Source of the DNA: Pedosphaera sp. | Lineage (GTDB): Bacteria > Verrucomicrobiota > Verrucomicrobiia > Limisphaerales > SIBH01 | Assembly (NCBI GenBank): GCA_031414955.1 | Contig: JANOQV010000040.1 | Coordinates: forward strand, 1 to 64,000 | Length of the DNA stretch: 64,000 nucleotides | Direction: 5' to 3' | Shown here: positions 48,612 through 56,931 of the stretch, piece after piece | How positions within the stretch are numbered: the stretch's first letter is position 1 | Layout: each line of letters begins with the position of its first letter | The notes under the pieces: model-generated | Seen by the model: the letters and a program-made list of their open reading frames with translations, nothing else | The model's database searches: none | What the model was told of the DNA's origin: nothing | Program-made: the position numbers and the translations under genes

Positions 48612-48638
48612 GTAACCTTGTCTTTTGGCCCTCGTCTG
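48612..48638 (+). promoter_or_regulatory. Putative ECF-sigma promoter
   Basis: GTAACC-N15-CGTCTG upstream of the ECF gene cluster. Confidence 0.55.
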
Positions 48639-48654
48639 CTCCATCGTGTCGGCA

Positions 48655-49068
48655 ATGAAGATGTGGCGATCAGGATTTCTGAGCTGGGTGGCGCTGTCCT
48701 TGGGCGCGGCAATTTCGTGGGCGGCCGACCAGACGGGGGAACGGTCGCCTCAGCGCGAGGCCGCCGGAAAACTGCTCGCCGCCGAGCGGGCCGCCTCCAA
48801 GGACGGACGCAAGACCAACGGCGGCCCCTCAAGGGAGGAACGTGATAAGCAGCGGGAGGAATTTAACAAACTCACGCCCGAGGAGCGCGAAGCCAAGCGC
48901 CTGGAGATCAAAGGACGCCTGGAGAAACGCATCTGCGAGCTGCGCTCCAAGCAAACCAACGCCACGCTTTCCACCCAGGAATCGCACGAACTCGAACGTC
49001 GCGAACAAATCCTCAAACGATTTGAACAGGCCCCGGTGGCAGAACCCAAGGCTCCCGTGCTTAAGTGA
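48655..49068 (+). CDS. Secreted charged helical protein
   Basis: Signal peptide; EEFNKLTPEER motif; first gene of the ECF cluster. Confidence 0.7.
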   Translation: MKMWRSGFLSWVALSLGAAISWAADQTGERSPQREAAGKLLAAERAASKDGRKTNGGPSREERDKQREEFNKLTPEEREAKRLEIKGRLEKRICELRSKQTNATLSTQESHELERREQILKRFEQAPVAEPKAPVLK

Positions 49069-49072
49069 TTTT

Positions 49073-49564
49073 ATGAAATCATGGTTGTTCATTCTGCTCT
49101 GCTCCTTTTCGGCGATGGGCCTTTCGGCCGCCGCCCCCGAGAAACCCGCGCGCCGTCCGGCGGCTGCGGGTGGCCCGGCCGCCTATGAGCGCGTGCTGAC
49201 CGAGGGGCAACGCGAGGTCTTTCGGGAACACCTCCAGGCCCACGCCCGGGAACTCCGCGCGGGCCAGTTGGAATTGGCGAAGTTGCGTCGTGAGTTGCAG
49301 GAGAGTGTCCTAAACGCCAAAGCCAGCGCCTCCTTCATCAAGGAAAAGACGGAGGCCATCGCCAAGCTCGACGCGGCCCAACTGCGAGTGCGGATGGCGG
49401 CGCTTTCACAAATTGCGCCTACGCTGACCGAGGATCAGCGGGAGAAGCTGAAGAGCGTGGGCGAGGACATCCGCGCCGGACGGCCCGGCCTGGCTGGAGG
49501 ACTGCGACCAGCAGAGTCTCCGGCCCAGCCCGAGCCGGCTGCGCCGCCGCCCCCGGACCAATGA
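49073..49564 (+). CDS. Periplasmic Spy/CpxP-like (LTxxQ) protein
   Basis: Signal peptide; LTEGQ and LTEDQR motifs. Confidence 0.75.
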   Translation: MKSWLFILLCSFSAMGLSAAAPEKPARRPAAAGGPAAYERVLTEGQREVFREHLQAHARELRAGQLELAKLRRELQESVLNAKASASFIKEKTEAIAKLDAAQLRVRMAALSQIAPTLTEDQREKLKSVGEDIRAGRPGLAGGLRPAESPAQPEPAAPPPPDQ

Positions 49565-49609
49565 ATCTGCCTTCGCTGTCTCAGGGACACACGGGCCACC
49601 GCCAGCGCG

Positions 49610-50233
49610 GTGGCTTTCGCGCTCATTGTGGCTGACCCGCTGCCAGAATCGCCGCCGCCGCCGCGCAGCGACGCGGAGTTGATTGCCGCAGTGTTGAAGG
49701 GCGACATTGCGAGCTTTGAACCGCTCGTGGCCAAGTACTCGCCCCGGCTCTTCGCCACTGCCCGCCGTTATGCCCGGCGCGAGGATGAGGTCGAGGATGT
49801 GGTGCAGGAGATTTGGTCCAAGGCTTTCCTGAAGCTTGCCACCTTTCGCGGCGACGCCCCTTTCGAGCACTGGCTCATGCGTATGGCCGTCCGCACCTGC
49901 TACGATTTCCTCCGTCACCATCAGCGTAACCGGGAGAACACCTTCACCGAACTGACCACGGAGGAGGACGACTGGCTGGAGCGCATCACGAGCGCGCCGG
50001 AGCAAGTGAGTGACCGAGCGGACGCCGCGAAGCAGCTCGTGCAGAAACTGCTCGCCATGCTTTCTCCCCAGGCGCGGCTGGTGATTCAACTCCTGGAGAT
50101 CGAGGACTGGACGGTGAAGGAGATTTCCCACCTGACCGGATGGTCGGTGCCGCTGGTGAAGGTGCGGGCCTTTCGCGCGCGCGCCGAAATGAGAAAATGC
50201 CTCCTGCGCGTCGCCAAGGACAAGTACCTGTAA
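49610..50233 (+). CDS. ECF RNA polymerase sigma factor
   Basis: D.ELI.....GD..SFE.LV, EDVVQE, FEHWL.R.A, EIS..TG.S...VKVR.FRAR; alternative GTG start at 49628. Confidence 0.92.
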   Translation: MAFALIVADPLPESPPPPRSDAELIAAVLKGDIASFEPLVAKYSPRLFATARRYARREDEVEDVVQEIWSKAFLKLATFRGDAPFEHWLMRMAVRTCYDFLRHHQRNRENTFTELTTEEDDWLERITSAPEQVSDRADAAKQLVQKLLAMLSPQARLVIQLLEIEDWTVKEISHLTGWSVPLVKVRAFRARAEMRKCLLRVAKDKYL

Positions 50234-50257
50234 CCCCATGAAAATGCTCCCCGTCTG
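50230..50257 (+). promoter_or_regulatory. Putative ECF-sigma promoter for the anti-sigma gene
   Basis: GTAACC-N16-CGTCTG overlapping the sigma gene's TAA stop. Confidence 0.55.
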
Positions 50258-50272
50258 TTCGCTTCGTCCGAT

Positions 50273-50572
50273 ATGAAACTGGAAATTCTGCACCAAAAAT
50301 TGATCGCCTCGGCCCGGGCCGAGCAGCCCAGCGACCGGGTTCCCTACGCCTTCGAGAAGCGCGTCATGGCGCGGATTGCCGCTGGTCGCGCGGTGGATTT
50401 ACTGGGCGCATGGAGCGCTGCTCTGTGGCGGGCCGCAGTGTCCTGCGTGGTGGTGAGCCTTGTGGCCTGCGCCTGTCTGCTCTGGTCCAACCACAATCAG
50501 GAGACGGATTTTTCCCATGAGTTTGACACGGCGGTCTTCGCTTCCGCCGGTTCCGCCGACGAAGCCTGGTGA
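50273..50572 (+). CDS. Putative single-TM anti-sigma factor
   Basis: P.AFEKRVMARI followed by TM helix, directly after the ECF sigma gene. Confidence 0.7.
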   Translation: MKLEILHQKLIASARAEQPSDRVPYAFEKRVMARIAAGRAVDLLGAWSAALWRAAVSCVVVSLVACACLLWSNHNQETDFSHEFDTAVFASAGSADEAW

Positions 50573-51048
50573 AAATCTGGAAGGTCATTCTTGCCACGCT
50601 CGTCATCTTCGCCGCCGGAATGTTCGCGGGCGTGGTGGCGGGCCGTAAAACTCAACCGCCACCTGCGGCGCCCAAGGAGTCCATTCCGCCTATTTCCTCC
50701 CAGCAACGCTTCTACGAGCGCCTCAAAAAGGAACTGCAACTCACGGCCGAGCAGACCAATCGCATCGACAAGATTTTTGCCGAAGGCAACGAGCAGGTGA
50801 AAGTGATTTGGGATCTCCTGAACCCTGAGCTCCAGAAACATCGCCAGGAAGTCTATGAAAGCGTCAGGGCCGTTCTCACTCCTGAACAACGCGAGAAGTT
50901 TGAAAGGTTGATCAAAGAACGTTCCTCCATGCGCAAACCCGACTTCGACGGCCCACGGTCTCGTTCTCCCAAGCCGGGTACCAACGCGGACGGGTCGAAA
51001 GGCCTGCGCGCTGAGGATGTTCCAAAATCCGAGACGCCGACGAAGTAG
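50569..51048 (+). CDS. Membrane-anchored LTxxQ periplasmic protein
   Basis: N-terminal TM helix; LQLTAEQ and LTPEQREKF motifs; GTGA overlap with the anti-sigma gene. Confidence 0.72.
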   Translation: MKIWKVILATLVIFAAGMFAGVVAGRKTQPPPAAPKESIPPISSQQRFYERLKKELQLTAEQTNRIDKIFAEGNEQVKVIWDLLNPELQKHRQEVYESVRAVLTPEQREKFERLIKERSSMRKPDFDGPRSRSPKPGTNADGSKGLRAEDVPKSETPTK

Positions 51049-51169
51049 CGGACGGCCTGCGCCCTTGGCCTCCACACGAGATGCTCTCGCGGCCCCGCCC
51101 CCTCCCAATCGCATTCCAGGCGGCCCTGCCAGTTGCCAAAAGACGGCTCGTTGCTCCAAGCTCCTCCAC

Positions 51170-52921
51170 ATGGACAAGGATCAGGTCGCGGACATCTTGG
51201 TGGACATCGGGCTGTTGCTGGAATTGACGGGCGAGAACCCGTTCAAGACCCGCGCGTATCAGAACGCCGCGCGCACGCTCCAGCAGTTGAACGAGCCGCT
51301 GGCCACGATTGTCGCCGAGGAACGGCTGGGGGAAATCAAAGGCATTGGCGAGGCGCTCCAGCAAAAGATCACCGAACTCGTCACCACCGGGAAGCTGGAA
51401 TACTACGAGAAGCTCAAGACCTCCATCGCGCCTGGTCTGCGCGAGATGCTGGAAATTCCCGGCCTCGGCCCGAAGAAGATCAAGGCCATGCACGACAAGC
51501 TGGGCCTCGACTCGATCGAAAAACTCGAAGCGGCGTGCAAGGCGGGCACCGTGGCGGAACTCGCGGGCTTCGGCGAGAAGACGCAGACCAACATCCTCGC
51601 CGGCATCGAGCGCAAGCGCACCTACGCCTCGAAGCATCGGCTGGTGAACGCGCTCGCGGCGGCCGAGCCGATTCTCGAAAGCCTGCGCTCGCACGCCGAC
51701 GTGATTCGCTGTGCCACGGCGGGCAGTTCGCGCCGGCACAAGGAAGTCATCGGCGACATCGACTTCCTCGCGTCGTCCAAGAAGCCCGCCAGCGTCATCG
51801 AGTTCTTTGTCTCGCAGCCGGGCATTCTCAGCGTCAGTGCCAAGGGCGAGACCAAGGCCAGCGTGGTGCTGGCCGGCGGCATTCAGGCGGACCTGCGCGT
51901 GGTCAGCGATGCCGAGTATCCGTTCGCGCTCATTTATTTCACTGGCAGCAAGGAGCACAACATCGTCATGCGGCAGCGGGCCATCGCGCGCGGGTTGCGG
52001 CTGAACGAATACGGCCTGTTCAAATCGAAGGAAGAAACGCGCGATCCGAAGCTGCTCGTGAAGTGCCACAGCGAAGCGGAGGTTTACGCCGAGTTGGGCC
52101 TCGATTACGTGGAGCCGGAACTGCGCGAGGACAACGGCGAGTTCCAAGCCGCCGAGCAGCATCGTTTGCCGCGCCTGCTCGAATGGACCGACCTCAAAGG
52201 CTCGCTCCACAACCACTCCAACTGGAGCGACGGCCGCAACACTCTCGAAGAAATCGCCACGCACATGCAGGAGTTGGGGCTGGCGTATTGGGCCATCACC
52301 GATCACTCCAAGTCCTCCTTCCAGGCCAACGGACTCGACGTGGACCGCGTGCGCAAACAGATCGTCGAAGTCAAAGCCCTCAACCAGCGCCTCGCTGACG
52401 AAGGCTCGGACTTCCGCCTCTTCACCGGCACGGAGGTGGACATTCTCAACGACGGCCTTGATTTCCCCGACGACTTGCTGGCCGAACTCGACGTGGTGGT
52501 GGCTAGCATTCACCAGGGCTTCACCCAGAGCGAAGCCGAGACCACCAAGCGCCTCGTGCGCGCGGCGGAAAACAAATACGTCCACATGCTCGGGCATCTC
52601 ACCGGGCGGCTGTTGCTGGAGCGCGATGGCTACCAGTTGAACCACTCGGCCGTCATCGACGCGTGCGCGGCCACGGGCACATGGATTGAACTCAACGCCA
52701 GCCCGTATCGGTTCGACATGGACTGGCGGCACTGGAAGCACGCCACGAGCAAGGGGGTGAGGTGCGTGATCAACTGCGACGCGCACCGCTTCGAGCACGC
52801 CGGCTTCCTCCGCCTCGGCGCCGGCATCGCGCGCAAGGGCTGGCTGACCAAGGACGACGTGATCAACACGCTGCCGTTGAAGGAACTGAAGGAGCAATTG
52901 CAGCGGAAGCGTGGGAAGTGA
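51170..52921 (+). CDS. polX: DNA polymerase X with PHP domain
   Basis: GENPFK.RAY, HhH motifs, GS.RR....GDIDFL, DLRV, YFTGSK.HN; PHP motifs HNHS.WSDG, ITDHS, DAH. Confidence 0.95.
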   Translation: MDKDQVADILVDIGLLLELTGENPFKTRAYQNAARTLQQLNEPLATIVAEERLGEIKGIGEALQQKITELVTTGKLEYYEKLKTSIAPGLREMLEIPGLGPKKIKAMHDKLGLDSIEKLEAACKAGTVAELAGFGEKTQTNILAGIERKRTYASKHRLVNALAAAEPILESLRSHADVIRCATAGSSRRHKEVIGDIDFLASSKKPASVIEFFVSQPGILSVSAKGETKASVVLAGGIQADLRVVSDAEYPFALIYFTGSKEHNIVMRQRAIARGLRLNEYGLFKSKEETRDPKLLVKCHSEAEVYAELGLDYVEPELREDNGEFQAAEQHRLPRLLEWTDLKGSLHNHSNWSDGRNTLEEIATHMQELGLAYWAITDHSKSSFQANGLDVDRVRKQIVEVKALNQRLADEGSDFRLFTGTEVDILNDGLDFPDDLLAELDVVVASIHQGFTQSEAETTKRLVRAAENKYVHMLGHLTGRLLLERDGYQLNHSAVIDACAATGTWIELNASPYRFDMDWRHWKHATSKGVRCVINCDAHRFEHAGFLRLGAGIARKGWLTKDDVINTLPLKELKEQLQRKRGK

Positions 52922-53002
52922 AATCACCACGCGACCACGAGACCAGACGTGGCTTTGCGGCTTGCTGTCCGAGCGGAATTCCGCCATCACTTCCTCGTCG
53001 CC

Positions 53003-55054
53003 ATGAAAGCCCTCCACCATCTCGCGCGCCTTGCCGCACTCGCAATCTGTTTCGCCGCAGGCCTGGCGGCGACCCACGCCGCGCCGCCCAGCCTACAACC
53101 GCTTATCACCGGCAAGTGGCCCGCATGGCCACGAATCGGATTCGCCAACGATGTCCAAGTAGTAGGCAACTTTGCTTACATTGGCCTCCAACAAGAGGGC
53201 GGCCTGGCGGTTATTGACGTGAGCGATCCGGCCAACTGCGTGCAAGTCGGCGGCTATGTAACCGACGGGTTTCCAAACGGCGTGGCGGTGTTGGGCAATT
53301 ACGTCTTCATGGCGGATTACTATGAGGGTTTGCAGGTGTTTAACGTGAGCAACCCGGCCAACTGTGTGCAAGTGGGCAGCTATGGCACCAGCGGGCATGC
53401 CCGGGGCGTGGTGGTGGCGGGCAACTACGCCTACGTAGCGGATTCGGATGCGGGCTTGCAGGTGTTCGACGTGAGCAACCCCACAAATTGCGTCATAGTC
53501 GGCGGCTGTTACACCGACGGCAACTCCGTGGATGTGGCGGTGTCGGGCAACTACGCTTACCTGGCGGATGATGAGGCAGGTTTGCAGGTGATTGACGTAA
53601 GCGACCCGGCCAATTGCGTGCGCGTGGGCGGGTATGACACCTGGTTGGCCCGCGCCGTGGCGGTGTCGGGAAACTACGCCTACGTGGCGGATGACACGAA
53701 TGGCTTGCAAGTGATTGATGTGAGCAACCCCACCAACTGCGTGCGCGTGGGTGGGTATGACACCAGCGGGATTGCCTACGGCGTGACAGTGTCGGCGAAC
53801 TACGCTTACGTGGCGGATGCCTTCCGGGGTCTGCAGGTGATTGACATAAGCAACCCTACCAACTGCGTGCGCGTGGGTGGTGCTGCCACCAGCGGATTTG
53901 CCGTGGGTGTGGTGGTGTCGGGAAACCACACCTACGTGGCGGCTAACCAAGCCGGCCTACAAGTGATTAACGTCAGCAACCCGACCAACTGCGTGCAAGT
54001 GGGTGGCTATCACACCAGCGGGCGAGCCCAAGGCGTGGGAGTGTCAGGGAATTACGCCTTTGTGGCGGATCAGTTCGGGGGGTTGCAGGCGGTTGATGTG
54101 AGCAACCCGGCGAGCTGCGTGCGTGTTGGAGGATACGACTCGCGCGATACTGTTGAGGGCGTGGCGATGTCTGGAAACTACGCATACGTCGCGAACCGCA
54201 GTCTAGGACTGACGGTTGTTGACGTAAGTATCCCAACGAAATGCGTGCGCGTGGGCGGCTACAATACGAGCGGGATTGCCTGGGGCGTGGCGGTGTCGGG
54301 CAACTACGCTTACGTGGCGGATGAATTTGCGGGCTTGCAGGTGATTGATGCAAGGAACCCAACCAACTGCCTACGCGTCGGCGGGTATGCCACCAGCGGG
54401 AATGCCCTTAGCGTGGCGGTATCGGGCAGCTACGCCTATGTGGTGGGTAGCGGGAGCTTGGAGGTGATTAACGTGAGTAATCCCACCAACTGCATGCTCG
54501 TGGGTGGGTATTACACCGGCGGCGGCACCCTCGGTGTGGCGGTGTCGGGGAACTATGCGTACATCGCGGATGAGTTTGGGGGCTTGCAGGTGATTGACGT
54601 GAGCAACCCCACCAATTGCGTGCGCGTGGGCGGCTACGCCAACGTGGAGGCATACGCGGTGGCGGTGGCGGGGAACTATGCCTACGTGGTGGACATATTT
54701 GAGGGCTTGCAGGTGTTTGATGTGAGCAACCCAACCAACTGCGTGCGCGTGGGAAGCTATGCCACCGGCGAGAATACCCTAGGGGTGGCTGTGGTCGCCG
54801 GTCGCATCTACGTGTGCGCTGCGCAGCAAGGTCTGCTGGTGCTGCCCAGCGTGCCTAACGTGCAACTCACCCTGCGGGTGAACGCCACCACCAACGAGAC
54901 CTTCACCCTCGAAAGCGCCACCAATCTGCTCAAACCAATCGCCTGGACGACGCTCGTGACCACCAACGTCCCCGTCATGCCCTTCGACTTCGTGGACTTC
55001 GACGTGCAGCGCTCCGAGAAGCCGCAGAAGTTCTACCGCGTCCGCCAGCCGTAG
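53003..55054 (+). CDS. Secreted LVIVD-repeat protein (14 repeats) with shared C-terminal module
   Basis: Signal peptide; ~42-aa repeat VAVSGNYAYVAD...GLQVIDVSNPTNCVRVGGY; ends KFYRVRQP. Confidence 0.9.
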   Translation: MKALHHLARLAALAICFAAGLAATHAAPPSLQPLITGKWPAWPRIGFANDVQVVGNFAYIGLQQEGGLAVIDVSDPANCVQVGGYVTDGFPNGVAVLGNYVFMADYYEGLQVFNVSNPANCVQVGSYGTSGHARGVVVAGNYAYVADSDAGLQVFDVSNPTNCVIVGGCYTDGNSVDVAVSGNYAYLADDEAGLQVIDVSDPANCVRVGGYDTWLARAVAVSGNYAYVADDTNGLQVIDVSNPTNCVRVGGYDTSGIAYGVTVSANYAYVADAFRGLQVIDISNPTNCVRVGGAATSGFAVGVVVSGNHTYVAANQAGLQVINVSNPTNCVQVGGYHTSGRAQGVGVSGNYAFVADQFGGLQAVDVSNPASCVRVGGYDSRDTVEGVAMSGNYAYVANRSLGLTVVDVSIPTKCVRVGGYNTSGIAWGVAVSGNYAYVADEFAGLQVIDARNPTNCLRVGGYATSGNALSVAVSGSYAYVVGSGSLEVINVSNPTNCMLVGGYYTGGGTLGVAVSGNYAYIADEFGGLQVIDVSNPTNCVRVGGYANVEAYAVAVAGNYAYVVDIFEGLQVFDVSNPTNCVRVGSYATGENTLGVAVVAGRIYVCAAQQGLLVLPSVPNVQLTLRVNATTNETFTLESATNLLKPIAWTTLVTTNVPVMPFDFVDFDVQRSEKPQKFYRVRQP

Positions 55055-55073
55055 GCGTTCCTATGGCGGCACG

Positions 55074-55289
55074 TCAGGTGGTTTCTTTCGTCTCCAGTGC
55101 CGTCACCAGCGCCACATCAATAATCTTGGTGCCGCCCCGGTCGAGGTGGACGAACAGAGTGCGTCCGCTGGGATGCAGGTGGACATGGTCGCCACTGGGC
55201 ACGTCGATCTCCAGGCCCTCGGCCAGCCGGACTTTGAAGGGGTGAAAAGGTTTTTGCAGCACCCGCTCTCGAATCTCTTCCTTCGTCAT
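55074..55289 (-). CDS. Small hypothetical protein (71 aa)
   Basis: MTKEEIRERVLQKPFHPFKVRLAEG...IIDVALVTALE; AGGAG SD upstream. Confidence 0.7.
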   Translation of the reverse strand: MTKEEIRERVLQKPFHPFKVRLAEGLEIDVPSGDHVHLHPSGRTLFVHLDRGGTKIIDVALVTALETKETT

Positions 55290-55326
55290 GATCTTGTTCT
55301 CCTGTGCCGCACCAAGTTTGTCAACC

Positions 55327-55440
55327 GCCTGGACGCCGCTCGTGACCACCAACGCCCCGGTCATGCCCTTCGACTTCGTGGACTTCGACGTGAAGCGCTC
55401 GGAGCAGCCGCAGAAGTTCTACCGCGTCCGCCAGCCGTGA
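55327..55440 (+). pseudogene. Orphan duplicate of the LVIVD gene 3' end
   Basis: 114-nt copy of 54941-55054 with 8 differences; AWTPLVTTNAPVMPFDFVDFDVKRSEQPQKFYRVRQP*. Confidence 0.9.
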
Positions 55441-55453
55441 CGCGGCGGAGGTT

Positions 55454-55537
55454 TTTAACCACGGAATTCGCGGATACCGCGGATGGGGTGGCGGGCGAAG
55501 GTGGAAGTCTTTTTCATCCGCGTCATCCGTGGTTAAA
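55454..55537. repeat. Short palindromic element
   Basis: Terminal IR TTTAACCACGGA/TCCGTGGTTAAA with internal CGCGGAT units and ATCCGCG complement. Confidence 0.7.
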
Positions 55538-55746
55538 CCCTGGCCCATGAAACACGAAGCGAGGACGCCCAACTCCACGATGTGGCCCGCCACTTTCCAT
55601 CCCACTCGGCAACCGGGCCGTGATTGAAGAAACAATACAGACCACGGCCTGCGCGGGGATGGACCTTTTGGCGGAGGTTACGCTTGACCATCCCGCCAAC
55701 CGGAAACCCATCGACAACAAACTTTGGCCGCGCTTAACGTCCGCGC

Positions 55747-56931
55747 GTGCCAGAAGCAGCGGACATCGATGTGGCGGTCATGGGCGGCGGAATCGCCGGC
55801 CTGTGGCTGCTCAACCGCCTGCGCGCCCTCGGCTTTGATGCCGTGCTCTTCGAGAAGAATTTCCTCGGCGCGGGCCAGACCATCGCCTCGCAGGGCATCA
55901 TTCACAGTGGGGTGAAATACACCTTCGATGGCGTGAACCGTCCCCAGACCGAGGCGCTGTCCTCGATGCCGAAGATCTGGATGGACTGCATCGCCGGGCG
56001 TGGGGAAGTCGATCTGCGCGGCACCGAGTTGCTGGCCTCGAATCAACTCATGTTCACCAGTGGCGGCTTCTTGAATCGCATGGCCGGCGCGCTGGCCACC
56101 AAGGCGCTGCGCAGCGATGTCGGTTCGGTCGCGCGGGAGAACTGGCCGGCGGTCTTCGATGCGCGCGAGTTCAGCGGGAAGATTTACCAACTCGAGGAGC
56201 CGGTGCTGGCCACCAAGTCCGTGCTCGCGGCCTTGCAGGCGCGTTTCAGCAAATCCATCTGCCGCGCCGAGGTGAAGGAACTGCGCCGCAAGACGCATCA
56301 GGTGACGGAGATTCATTTCCAGAACTCGACCACGGTGGTCCGACCACGCGCCTGCATCTCGACTTCCGGCGAGGGCAACGAATGGTTCGCCAGCCAGCTC
56401 GGCCTCGACCAGGCCCGGGTCACGCAGCGCCGGCCGTTGCGGATGTTTCTCGCCCGCGGCCTGCCGCACAAATTGTTCGCGCACTGCCTCGTGCCGGAAC
56501 CGAAGCCGCGCGTCACCGTCACCACGCATCCGTTGGAGGGCGAGAATGTCTGGTACCTCGGCGGCAACATCGCGGAGAAGGCCGTGGGCCTGAGCGATGA
56601 AGCTGCCTTGCGCTGGGCGCATTCGGAGATGACAGACCTATTTCCCTGGCTGGACTGGAAAAAGGTTCGCTGGGCCATGCACGACGTGGATCGCGCCGAG
56701 CCGCACGCGAGCAAGCTGTTACCCAGTTGTCCCACCGTCACGAGCGTCGGCAATGCCGCGCTCGCCTGGCCGACCAAGCTGGCGCTTGCGCCCGCGCTCA
56801 CGCAGCAGGCCTTGCGCTGGCTGGAGCAGCAAGGCGTCACGCCCTCGGGAAAAGTCACCGAGCTGTCTCTACCTGCGGCGGAGCCGTCACCCTATCCGTG
56901 GGAGGAGAAGACCAAATGGGTGCCGATGTGA
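55747..56931 (+). CDS. FAD-dependent oxidoreductase
   Basis: DVAVMGGGIAGLW, GQTIASQGIIHSG.KY, WPTKLALAP. Confidence 0.88.
   Translation: MPEAADIDVAVMGGGIAGLWLLNRLRALGFDAVLFEKNFLGAGQTIASQGIIHSGVKYTFDGVNRPQTEALSSMPKIWMDCIAGRGEVDLRGTELLASNQLMFTSGGFLNRMAGALATKALRSDVGSVARENWPAVFDAREFSGKIYQLEEPVLATKSVLAALQARFSKSICRAEVKELRRKTHQVTEIHFQNSTTVVRPRACISTSGEGNEWFASQLGLDQARVTQRRPLRMFLARGLPHKLFAHCLVPEPKPRVTVTTHPLEGENVWYLGGNIAEKAVGLSDEAALRWAHSEMTDLFPWLDWKKVRWAMHDVDRAEPHASKLLPSCPTVTSVGNAALAWPTKLALAPALTQQALRWLEQQGVTPSGKVTELSLPAAEPSPYPWEEKTKWVPM

Noticed and set aside
51170..52921. Catalytically dead PolX variant
   Set aside because: GDIDFL and DLRV retain the catalytic aspartates, and the PHP histidines are present
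52926..52949. 8-bp tandem repeat ACCACGCG ACCACGAG ACCAGACG after polX
   Set aside because: Only three degenerate units, too weak to call, though similar in style to the other microrepeats
53140..54830. CRISPR-like array suggested by the regular ~126-bp repeats
   Set aside because: Repeats are in-frame coding units of the LVIVD protein, with no repeat-spacer structure and no cas genes
35057..55440. Diversity-generating retroelement (VR/TR pairs) as the explanation for the two 3'-end duplications
   Set aside because: Mismatches are not adenine-specific (mostly synonymous C/T and G/C changes in pair 1, mixed directions in pair 2) and no reverse transcriptase is in the window
55547..55746. Short ORFs (MKHEART..., 55620-55838) as a gene or pseudogene
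   Set aside because: No recognisable motif; the longer ORF overlaps the oxidoreductase start; cannot be supported
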